Made by a program: the position numbers and the translations under genes. Shown piece by piece: positions 1 to 8,288 of a DNA stretch of 64,000 nucleotides (positions within the stretch are counted from its first letter, which is position 1; each line of letters opens with the position of its first letter). Below the pieces are notes generated by a model. That model saw only the letters and a list, made by a program, of their open reading frames with translations, was not told the origin of the DNA and searched no databases. The stretch comes from a virus. Location of the stretch: the IMG/VR virus record IMGVR_UViG_3300028394_000045, positions 32,001 to 96,000 of that record; one strand, given 5' to 3'.

Positions 1-389
1 GGGTTACCAGTTGGGCGAGTTAGACTGGCTGTAAGGTCAGTAAGATTGATATCTGCACGCTGGATATACGCACGATTGGTCACGCCTAACGCACTGTATG
101 CTGCTAATAGTCCATATTCATTGAGCTCATAGCCATTGATTGGAGTGCCTGTTGTGGTGTTGTAGAAGAATGGAACACCAAATGTAGCAGTAAGATCACG
201 CTGACTGGTGATGAGATAAGTTTTGTTAGCATTGGCTGCTGTGGTACCTGCTGCTACTGTGACGCCGTCACCGGACACTTTGTTCTGTGCGGTAGCGATC
301 ACGAAATAAGGTACGGTATTGACCGCAGATGGAATGTATTGGCTTTCGTCAATTACAATTACTTCTACGCCGGGTGATGTTAAAGCCAT
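1..389 (-). CDS. gp18: Tail sheath protein (gp18-like), 5' part; runs off the window start
   Basis: Not in the ORF track. Manual translation from ATG at 389 gives MALTSPGVEVIVIDESQYIPSAVNTVP...LITSQRDLTATFGVPFFY. SPGV and FG.P are typical of sheath N-termini. An AAGGA RBS and TAAATA lie upstream. Confidence 0.88.
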   Translation of the reverse strand, partial: MALTSPGVEVIVIDESQYIPSAVNTVPYFVIATAQNKVSGDGVTVAAGTTAANANKTYLITSQRDLTATFGVPFFYNTTTGTPINGYELNEYGLLAAYSALGVTNRAYIQRADINLTDLTASLTRPTGN

Positions 390-484
390 AGTGGTTTCCT
401 TTTCAAGTTACTGATATTTATGGGCAACATCAAAAAATGCCACGATACAGCACCCTTTGGCAAAGGTCCATAGGTAAATAATCC

Positions 485-829
485 ATGAGACCTATCTGCC
501 AAGCCTGCGGCCAACGACCTTGTGCTGTGAATTACATCCGTGAAGATGTCAAACACTATAGAAAACGCTGTGAAACATGTGCAAGGAAGAATCGTGGAAT
601 CCGACCACGAGAACCGCGCTGGAAATCAGCGGGCTATAAAAAGAAGATGAGCTGTGATCGCTGCGGATTCCGAGCCAGATATGCCAGCCAGATACTGGTG
701 TATCACCAGGACGGTGATCTCAACAATGCAGCACTGAAAAATCTCAAATCAGTGTGCAAAAACTGTGTGGAGGAGCTGCTTAGATCTGACTTGCCTTGGC
801 GGCCTGGAGATCTTGAGCCGGATGTATAG
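485..829 (+). CDS. Small Zn-finger HNH endonuclease-like protein
   Basis: Four CxxC pairs and an HNH-type motif HQDGDLNNAALKNL...C..C. TAAATA lies 4 nt before the ATG. Confidence 0.7.
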   Translation: MRPICQACGQRPCAVNYIREDVKHYRKRCETCARKNRGIRPREPRWKSAGYKKKMSCDRCGFRARYASQILVYHQDGDLNNAALKNLKSVCKNCVEELLRSDLPWRPGDLEPDV

Positions 830-1454
830 TCAGCTGCTGTATCTGTAGGTACAGGTCATCCAAGGACCCGTTGTTGTCCAGTACAGCATCAAACTTGGTA
901 CCCACCCAGGCAGTTTCGCTGGCATGTATCTTGAGCCGTGCCAACTGTGATTTGCTAGTGGCCCATCGCATGTTGCCATTTTCTCCATGGTTGAATGCCA
1001 GTGCAGCATCGTACCATTCGGGCTCAGGCCCACGAACTACACGTACCACTTGGCCGCCGGCACGTTTGATAGCAGCAATTTCATTTGGGAATCTACAGTC
1101 TGAAATCACCACATCATCCTGGCTGTGGCGCAGTTTGTTTTCCAAGCTGGCAATCCAGATATCGTCGTGGAACCCATGTCTGCATACCTCTGTGCCCCAG
1201 TGCTGTAGCACCCATCTAGGAGTGAGCTCGGGCATTTTTAAACGATCTGACCACCATAAATCTAATTGTTCTCGCCATTCACGGGCTTGTTTTGTGCGCC
1301 CTTCCAGCATGGTTCTATCCCAGCCAAAAACTTGTGCCACAGCATCTTTGAGGCTGTTGGCAAAACTTTCTCTACGGAATTCGTGAAAATTGGTGAGATA
1401 GTCTGCCACTGTGTCTTTGCCGGATCCTATGAATCCACAGATGCCTATGATCAT
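780..1454 (-). CDS. Deoxynucleoside monophosphate kinase (T4 gp1-like)
   Basis: N-terminal P-loop IIGICGFIGSGKDT, plus SFANSLK, LQHWGTE, ISDCRFPNE and HASE motifs. Confidence 0.9.
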   Translation of the reverse strand: MIIGICGFIGSGKDTVADYLTNFHEFRRESFANSLKDAVAQVFGWDRTMLEGRTKQAREWREQLDLWWSDRLKMPELTPRWVLQHWGTEVCRHGFHDDIWIASLENKLRHSQDDVVISDCRFPNEIAAIKRAGGQVVRVVRGPEPEWYDAALAFNHGENGNMRWATSKSQLARLKIHASETAWVGTKFDAVLDNNGSLDDLYLQIQQLTIHPAQDLQAAKASQI

Positions 1455-1975
1455 TTTAATTCCTTGACGTTGAGATGTTTCAATGTTGCCTGCAACATGT
1501 CAATCTGCCTGCGACAATCTTCCAGTGCATGATGGCTGGTAGCAGGACGAGGCAGATCGGGCCACAAACTATATATGGTTCTGGCATCGCGTACCACGTA
1601 GAATTGCCAGGGCAGGGGCTTGCCATAGCTTTTGTAGGCATGCTCAATGATGTTCATGTCGTAAGTGGGGCCGTTGGCCCAGATCAACTTGCTTTGCCAT
1701 ATAAACTTGGCCAGCTCGTCCAGTGCCTGGTCTAAGGGTATGCGGCCTTGTTCGTTGAATGCTTCGTCCCGTGCTGCTGCTGGTTGAGTAGCCCACCAGT
1801 CTATGGTACTTTGTTGTATGCTGCGATTGGCCTGGCTTTCTAAGTCAATTCTAGCATAGTAGAATCGTTCATGATAGCCGGAGCCTACAGGATCAAAACT
1901 TTGGGCTGCAATGGTCAGGATAGTGGTATCCGGTCCAGTGCCCAATCCTTCAATGTCAATCATTAAATCTGCCAT
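1451..1975 (-). CDS. DEDDh 3'-5' exonuclease (Rv2179c/DexA-like)
   Basis: LMIDIEGLG, WANGPTYD, RDART and HHALEDC motifs. Confidence 0.85.
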   Translation of the reverse strand: MADLMIDIEGLGTGPDTTILTIAAQSFDPVGSGYHERFYYARIDLESQANRSIQQSTIDWWATQPAAARDEAFNEQGRIPLDQALDELAKFIWQSKLIWANGPTYDMNIIEHAYKSYGKPLPWQFYVVRDARTIYSLWPDLPRPATSHHALEDCRRQIDMLQATLKHLNVKELK

Positions 1976-2010
1976 AGCACATTATAACACATGCCTATAG
2001 CGACAACGAC

Positions 2011-2787
2011 TCAACTGGTTATGTTGAATCCCACTTGTGTTTCAAACCATTCGGCCATACCAAAACTGGTGGGGTGGAATTTATCAATCTGCAACAGATT
2101 GCGTTCGGCACAGTATTCATATGGCGGCACTGGTACTGTGAATTTGGTCCAATCTACCATGCTGTACAAAGTGGATGTGGTGTCTATTTTGCCAAGACAA
2201 TGTTCCAATGCCAACCAACGTGGCCAACGATCTGTGCCTATGTTGCGGCGACGGGTGTTGGTCACCTTGTCCACCACTTCCTCGTAACTCTGATGCACAT
2301 CGTATATAAAACACATGCTATAATTCACATCGCGAGAATTCAGCAGTTCTTGTGTTTCCAAGATAGCTGCCAGCGTGGAATCTGTGGCAGATCTTGATGT
2401 CTGATTCACATACTGCTCTCGGAATTGAGACTTAACCTGTATTGGACAGTGGTCATCTGACTGCCAACTGCTGCCCATGCCACCGGATAGGTACCAGGCC
2501 CAATCTTCCAATACTGACACATATGGATACGTGTCCGGCAATTTTTCATGCACAATTTTTTCAATTGGAATGTCTATGCGGTTTATTCCGGACCACATGA
2601 CTAACACATGATCGTATTTGCCCCTGGGCAGTTGGTGTCGTAATCGGGCTGCAATGGCCCTGTTGCCCGCAGCAGCATCTCCAAAAAAATGAAATCGTTC
2701 CAGATTGACTGTAGGAGCCGGATGAGAATATCCTGCTGCGATGCCAGCAAAACTGCAACCTACTATCAGAGTTGGATTCATGATCAA
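2011..2787 (-). CDS. SGNH/GDSL-like hydrolase-fold protein
   Basis: N-terminal VGCSF, GN..IA, VMWSGINR and C-terminal DKFHP (DxxH) blocks. Confidence 0.55.
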   Translation of the reverse strand: MIMNPTLIVGCSFAGIAAGYSHPAPTVNLERFHFFGDAAAGNRAIAARLRHQLPRGKYDHVLVMWSGINRIDIPIEKIVHEKLPDTYPYVSVLEDWAWYLSGGMGSSWQSDDHCPIQVKSQFREQYVNQTSRSATDSTLAAILETQELLNSRDVNYSMCFIYDVHQSYEEVVDKVTNTRRRNIGTDRWPRWLALEHCLGKIDTTSTLYSMVDWTKFTVPVPPYEYCAERNLLQIDKFHPTSFGMAEWFETQVGFNITS

Positions 2788-3545
2788 CCAATCACAAAGG
2801 TGATGGGCTGCGCTCCGTCGATGTACCTGCGAAGATCTTCGAGCAATAGATCTATCTGTGTTTGAGCTTCGGCTTTCATGGCAGTGCCGTTTAGGGTGCC
2901 GCCACCTTGTGGGCCAGCGATAGTACCAAATTTCTCACGTGCTTCGCCAATGATCATCTTGCAGCCAGCCACCATGTAATCTCGTATCCATTGCTGTATC
3001 TGATAGTCGCTCAACAGATTGATTTCGGGTTTGAGCTGATAACACCAGATCAACACATTCTCTCCGGTGTTTTTGGGATCACGGATCAGTTGCAGTTTTT
3101 TATTCACTGGATTCCATGTGTAGTTCATGAACCCACCGAACATCTTGGCCGCCAGTTCCACATACTGGCTGTAGAAATCGTATGTGGCCAGGCCACCTGC
3201 CACGTTGAAGTTCATGAGATACACATTGATCGACGCCTGTGCAAAAGGATCAAAGTTTGATGCGAAAGGACCAGTAGCATCACCAAATGTGCGACGGAAT
3301 ATCTGTCTCACACTTTGCACTTCTTGCGGCAGTGTGTAGATGTTGAGATCTCGGATCAACTCCATGAAGATGTAGGCTTCTTCATATGCAGCATTGGACC
3401 GCTGTCTGAAAACACCTATGGCTCGCTGATATGCTGCTTCATAGTGTTCAGGATCCAACTCAAGATCGATTATCTGCCCGCCCAAGGTTAGGCGAGTGTA
3501 ATCAATCAGGGCTTGCTTGAGTTGTGGTAGTGTGTTGTCAGACAT
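2784..3545 (-). CDS. gp13: Neck protein (gp13-like)
   Basis: LKQALIDY..LTLGGQIIDLELD at the N-terminus and GEAREKF..IAGPQGG.TLNG at the C-terminus; morphogenesis context. Confidence 0.8.
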   Translation of the reverse strand: MSDNTLPQLKQALIDYTRLTLGGQIIDLELDPEHYEAAYQRAIGVFRQRSNAAYEEAYIFMELIRDLNIYTLPQEVQSVRQIFRRTFGDATGPFASNFDPFAQASINVYLMNFNVAGGLATYDFYSQYVELAAKMFGGFMNYTWNPVNKKLQLIRDPKNTGENVLIWCYQLKPEINLLSDYQIQQWIRDYMVAGCKMIIGEAREKFGTIAGPQGGGTLNGTAMKAEAQTQIDLLLEDLRRYIDGAQPITFVIG

Positions 3546-3570
3546 AAGGGGGAACTCCGTTCCCCCTTAT

Positions 3571-4719
3571 TTACCAGCTTTTGAGCACTAGCAGATTCTC
3601 GCTGCTGCGACCATTAAACTGAGTCTCAGTGGTGGTCAAGTCTTTGAAAATCTTTCTAGCAGCAGGCTTGCCCGCAGCTTGTATGGCCTTGATGGTCTCT
3701 GCGGGTTTGCGCACGGTCTTCTGCTGTGTCTCGCTCACAGAGAACCCAATGATCGAGCTGCTCTTGATGGTGAAACTGCCAGCATGGCTGTCTGCTACCA
3801 CATGGATCAGTTTGCGCTTCTTGGTGTCGTACAACCAAGCTTCGCTCTTGTCTACCAAGGATGCAGCCGGCAATCCTTTCAGCTTGAGCTCTGCAAATTC
3901 CACTTGATGCTTGAACTTGGCTGCTTTTTTCTCAGGACTCACAGGCTTGACCTTGCGCGGTTTGCGTTCCACTTTCTTGATCTGCACGTATGCGCCGCAG
4001 TCAGAGATCACAGACTCGCAGAACTTCACGATGTTTCTCAACTGCACCTTGGTGAGATAAGAATAACCTTCAACCAACTGAGAGTCTTTGCCAGCCACAA
4101 CCAGCTCAAAGTGGGCCAGTCGTGTTTTCCAGATGTCTGCAATGTGATACACCATCTGTGGTGCCACATTCATGCCGCGGATCTGTGCGATGGGTTTCCA
4201 GTCTGCTGACATCTTGCAGCCGGCAGCCACAAAGTCGTCAAACATGCCTTCTAGTTCGCCGGCACAATCCTTCATCTTTTCTCGCAGTCGATCTTGGATG
4301 TTGGGCTTGGCCACTGCTTCGGGCTCTGCCACTTCTACAGCAGCCTGATCTTTGATGGCCAACAAGTCTGCGATGAGATTGTCCAGTTTGATCTGTTCTT
4401 GGTCAGTGAGCTCCAGTCCCATCATGCTCATGCGGCACAGCCAGCCTGTGGTCAGTCGCACTTGGCTGTCGGGCAAGGTGCGCATTTTTTTAGCGTCCTT
4501 GACTCGTTTGTGTGCATCCAAGTAGGCCACGATCATTTCCTTGGCTTCTTTCTTGCCGTAGAAATAGTTGTACCAACCAAACGCATTGCTCATGGCACTG
4601 ATGCGATTTCTGTCTTGTTCGGGTTGCACACGCCACTCGGGTTCGTTGCCAACATACTTGGTGTCGGGGCTGCGCGGGTTCATCGATTTCAGTGCGACTT
4701 TAGCTGCTAGGGTTGCCAT
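3571..4719 (-). CDS. Basic hypothetical protein, probably expressed early
   Basis: 382-aa ORF with AAGGA RBS and a near-consensus sigma70 promoter; Lys-rich C-terminal half. Confidence 0.75.
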   Translation of the reverse strand: MATLAAKVALKSMNPRSPDTKYVGNEPEWRVQPEQDRNRISAMSNAFGWYNYFYGKKEAKEMIVAYLDAHKRVKDAKKMRTLPDSQVRLTTGWLCRMSMMGLELTDQEQIKLDNLIADLLAIKDQAAVEVAEPEAVAKPNIQDRLREKMKDCAGELEGMFDDFVAAGCKMSADWKPIAQIRGMNVAPQMVYHIADIWKTRLAHFELVVAGKDSQLVEGYSYLTKVQLRNIVKFCESVISDCGAYVQIKKVERKPRKVKPVSPEKKAAKFKHQVEFAELKLKGLPAASLVDKSEAWLYDTKKRKLIHVVADSHAGSFTIKSSSIIGFSVSETQQKTVRKPAETIKAIQAAGKPAARKIFKDLTTTETQFNGRSSENLLVLKSW

Positions 4720-4748
4720 GGAGTTCCTTTGCTAGTGTTTATGATGTA

Positions 4749-4777
4749 ATTATAGCACACTATGATTTTTTGGTCAA
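4749..4777 (-). promoter_or_regulatory. Sigma70-type (early) promoter TTGACC-N17-TATAAT
   Basis: Minus strand reads TTGACC AAAAAATCATAGTGTGC TATAAT, upstream of 3571..4719. Confidence 0.8.
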
Positions 4778-5044
4778 GTCCGCGCACAACAGCACAAAGG
4801 TCATGTCTGATTGTCTGCGGAACATGATGTAGTAGGGTGTCTCTACGTTGCGTCCCCGTTTTCCAAAATACCCAAGCCAATCAGAGGTCGTGGCCGTCCA
4901 GCTGGTGCCCAAGCGACTTTGGCAGATCCGTTCAATCTGAGAAATTTTGTCTTTATGATCCCACCAGCCCTCAAACCGCAAGCCAGATTCATACCCGGCT
5001 TCTTTGTGCGGACGGTATCTGCGATCCAGCTTTATGACTTTCAT
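4760..5044 (-). CDS. Small hypothetical protein, probably leaderless early gene
   Basis: 94-aa ORF; ATG lies 6 nt after a consensus -10 box. Confidence 0.65.
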   Translation of the reverse strand: MKVIKLDRRYRPHKEAGYESGLRFEGWWDHKDKISQIERICQSRLGTSWTATTSDWLGYFGKRGRNVETPYYIMFRRQSDMTFVLLCADLTKKS

Positions 5045-5050
5045 GTGAGT

Positions 5051-5079
5051 ATTATAACTGAAACAGAATTTCCGGTCAA
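5051..5079 (-). promoter_or_regulatory. Sigma70-type promoter TTGACC-N17-TATAAT
   Basis: Minus strand reads TTGACC GGAAATTCTGTTTCAGT TATAAT ACTCAC ATG. Confidence 0.8.
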
Positions 5080-5100
5080 CCTGCCCATAAATAACACACT

Positions 5101-6471
5101 ATGCCTAAACTTTCCATGTACCGTCCCAATCGAACACGGGATTATCAGTTCCTGGACCGAACCATTTCTGAAATGTACACCGTGGGCGGCTTGGATCTTT
5201 ATTGCCACAAATATCTAGGACCCGAAACCGGTGGTGCTGATTCTGCATTTTCAGGCAATGCAGATGCTACCCAACCGGTATATGAAACACAAAGCCCACT
5301 AAACATACAAGACCTGCTGTTGCTAGAAAACCGTGATCGAGCATACGATCCAGATGTGTACACCATGCGGGGTGTGTACAATACCCAAGACATTGATTTT
5401 GATCTTACACAATTTGGCTTGTTTCTAAACAACGATACCCTGTTCATCACGTTTCATTACAATGACATGATCGATGCGTTTGGACGAAAATTAATGAATG
5501 GTGATGTGCTAGAAGTGCCCAATCTCAAAGACTTCCATCCTTTAAATCCAAACTTGCCTACTGCATTTTCCAAGTATTACGTGATCCAGGATGCAGCCTA
5601 TGCCAGCGAAGGATTCAGTGTGACATGGTTGCCTCACTTGTGGCGTGTGAAAGCCACACCGCTCACAGATGCACAAGAATTCAATACTATCACCAACAAG
5701 CCATTTGTTAGCCAACAGATCTGGGACAATGGCAATTTTTACCCAACAGGCAGCATAGTGAATTATGGTGATGCGTACTATCAAGCCCAGGTCAACACAC
5801 CAGCTGGCACAGACATAAACAATACTGCCTATTGGCAACCGTACACACCACCTACCATATCTGACAGTCAAGGTACCAGAGTCAAAGATACTGAGATCAA
5901 CGATGCCATACTCACACAGGCCGATGTTGAAGTGCCACTCAGTGGATATGATGTGACCAAATTCTATGTTCTCCCCACAGAGAATTCACAACCAGGCAAT
6001 CCAACCACACTCACTGCTGATGGCGGTACAACTGTGGATGGCACACAAAGTGGCATGGATGTCACTCCCAAAGGGCCAGGTTATACTGTGGGCTATCTTA
6101 CCGGGCAAGGTGTTGCACCAAACGGATTGCCGGTTACACCTGGAGTGAGCTTTCCTCTTAACCCGGTACAAGGAGATTATGCATTGAGATTAGATTATCA
6201 GCCCAATCGATTGTTCCGTTATGATGGCAAACGCTGGATCAAGATCGAAGATAGTGTTCGTGCTAATCTCAACAACGGTGCGACCAACGATACTTTACGC
6301 AGCACTTTTGTTAACAATACATACACTGTGAATACCACAGACATGGGCAACATACCTAGCCGCCAGAGTCTCAGCGAGATACTCCGGCCCAGAGCAGACA
6401 ATGGCGATCAAGGCGGTAATTTTCCACCAAACCCATACCCACGTACACAACCAGGACAGAAGTCCAGCTAA
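5101..6471 (+). CDS. Neck/head-completion protein (gp14-like) with an inserted CBM5/12-like module
   Basis: DLTQFGLFL and GDVLE...YVI gp14-like core. WDNGNFYPTGSIVNYGDAYYQA...YW resembles a chitin-binding type-3 module. Lies between the gp13-like and gp15-like genes. Confidence 0.6.
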   Translation: MPKLSMYRPNRTRDYQFLDRTISEMYTVGGLDLYCHKYLGPETGGADSAFSGNADATQPVYETQSPLNIQDLLLLENRDRAYDPDVYTMRGVYNTQDIDFDLTQFGLFLNNDTLFITFHYNDMIDAFGRKLMNGDVLEVPNLKDFHPLNPNLPTAFSKYYVIQDAAYASEGFSVTWLPHLWRVKATPLTDAQEFNTITNKPFVSQQIWDNGNFYPTGSIVNYGDAYYQAQVNTPAGTDINNTAYWQPYTPPTISDSQGTRVKDTEINDAILTQADVEVPLSGYDVTKFYVLPTENSQPGNPTTLTADGGTTVDGTQSGMDVTPKGPGYTVGYLTGQGVAPNGLPVTPGVSFPLNPVQGDYALRLDYQPNRLFRYDGKRWIKIEDSVRANLNNGATNDTLRSTFVNNTYTVNTTDMGNIPSRQSLSEILRPRADNGDQGGNFPPNPYPRTQPGQKSS

Positions 6472-6474
6472 CAC

Positions 6475-7863
6475 ATGCAATCATTCTTTTACGACGAACA
6501 AATACGCAGGTTTTTGCTGCAATTTACCAGGATAGTATCAAACTTCCAGGTGCAGTACGGACGTGATGGTGAGCAACCTGCGCTGCTGCGTGTGCCTGTG
6601 CGGTACGGTGATGCCAGTAGGAATGCACAAACTATCCTGCAGGAAAATTCCGCAGCCAGCATGCCCAGCACTCCGCTGATGACTTTTTACGTGTCAGCCC
6701 TGACGTATGATCGCCCTAGGATGCAGGAACCCTATCATGTGAATACAGTATCTGTGCGCCAACGCACCTATGACAGTGCCACAGACAGTTACGAAACCAC
6801 GCAAGGTAATGCATTCACTATCGAACGCTTGATGCCTGTGCCATACAGATTGGGCATCACACTGGATATCTGGACCAGTAATACCAACCAAAAATTCCAA
6901 CTGCTGGAACAGATCCTGACCTTGTTCAATCCCAGCTTGGAGATACAGAGTACGGACAACTATCTTGATTGGACCAGCCTCAGCGTGGTAGAACTAGATG
7001 ACTGTGTATGGACATCTAGAGTTATTCCACAAGGCACAGACAATCCCATTGATGTGGCTACACTAAAATTTGGGCTGCCTATCTGGATTTCATCACCGGC
7101 CAAGGTCAAGAAACTGGGTGTGGTGGAACGTGTGATCGCCAGCATGTACGACGCACAAGGCGATCTAAACAATGCCATATATCAAAACGATCTGTTGTTA
7201 GGCACCAGACAGGTGATCACTCCGTACAATTGGGCTGTGGTGTTGATCAACAACAAACTGCAATGTTTACAACAGCAAGAAACAGCACAAGAACCGGCAA
7301 ATGACTCATTGACACCGCCAACCATCGTGTCCGACAGCAATCTGTTGTGGCCAGCAGTGATTGGAGTATATGGTGCGTTCCGTCCGGGCATCAGTCAAGT
7401 GAGACTGGTGCAGCCCGACGAAACCGAAGTGATAGGAACTGTGTCATTGGATCCCAATGACGATCGTTTCTTGTTGTTTGACGTGGATATTGATACTGTG
7501 CCCGGCAACACATTGGAACCGATTGATGCTATCATCAATCCTTTGACCTACGCTCCTAATCCGGATGATTCAAATTTTCAAGGTGTAAGATATCTATTAA
7601 CTGAGGCAACCGGTAATATTGACAATGATTATCCTGCTGAAGGATGGTTGGGGGCCAACGGACGTGGCTTGGTTGCCGGTGCCAACGACATCATTGAATA
7701 CAGCAACAACTACTGGCGTGTGGTGTTCAACTCAGCGGTTGTCACAGAAGTGCAATATGTTACCAATATCACAACCAGTATCCAATATGAGTGGGACGGG
7801 CAGCAATGGATCAAGAGTTATCAAGGTGTGTATCTAGGCGGTGAATGGAGCCTTGTACTTTGA
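6475..7863 (+). CDS. gp15: Tail sheath stabiliser/terminator (gp15-like) with C-terminal extension
   Basis: FFYDEQIRRFLLQF, VPVRYG, MPVPY and QLLEQILTLFNPSL motifs. Confidence 0.8.
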   Translation: MQSFFYDEQIRRFLLQFTRIVSNFQVQYGRDGEQPALLRVPVRYGDASRNAQTILQENSAASMPSTPLMTFYVSALTYDRPRMQEPYHVNTVSVRQRTYDSATDSYETTQGNAFTIERLMPVPYRLGITLDIWTSNTNQKFQLLEQILTLFNPSLEIQSTDNYLDWTSLSVVELDDCVWTSRVIPQGTDNPIDVATLKFGLPIWISSPAKVKKLGVVERVIASMYDAQGDLNNAIYQNDLLLGTRQVITPYNWAVVLINNKLQCLQQQETAQEPANDSLTPPTIVSDSNLLWPAVIGVYGAFRPGISQVRLVQPDETEVIGTVSLDPNDDRFLLFDVDIDTVPGNTLEPIDAIINPLTYAPNPDDSNFQGVRYLLTEATGNIDNDYPAEGWLGANGRGLVAGANDIIEYSNNYWRVVFNSAVVTEVQYVTNITTSIQYEWDGQQWIKSYQGVYLGGEWSLVL

Positions 7864-8285
7864 AAGCGGTAGGGGTTTGGTTCCGTAGTCATGCCACTGG
7901 CAGATACCTGTATCTCATGAGATCTGATGCCAAGCATCCGGGTGCATGGGGCTTGCCAGGTGGCAAGGTAGAGACCGGAGAAACCTTGTTGGGCGGCATG
8001 GAACGCGAGTGTGTGGAAGAACTGGGCAGCATGCCTGACTACTTGCGATTGATCCCATTAGAAAAATTCACATCCACGGACAATGCATTTGAATATCACA
8101 CCTGGGTGTGTATTGTTGATAGGGAGTTTGTGCCTGTGTTGAATCACGAACACTTGGGCTATGCTTGGTTAGACGGTGGACACTGGCCCAAGCCCATGCA
8201 TCCGGGACTGTGGAGCACAGTGAATCTCGAAGCTGTGCAACAAAAAATCGAAGCAGTTGAACGCAGTTTTCAGCCTGCGAAATAA
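7845..8285 (+). CDS. NUDIX hydrolase
   Basis: Nudix box GGKVETGETLLGGMERECVEELG; LNHEH..YAW. Confidence 0.9.
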   Translation: MEPCTLKAVGVWFRSHATGRYLYLMRSDAKHPGAWGLPGGKVETGETLLGGMERECVEELGSMPDYLRLIPLEKFTSTDNAFEYHTWVCIVDREFVPVLNHEHLGYAWLDGGHWPKPMHPGLWSTVNLEAVQQKIEAVERSFQPAK

Positions 8286-8288
8286 CTG

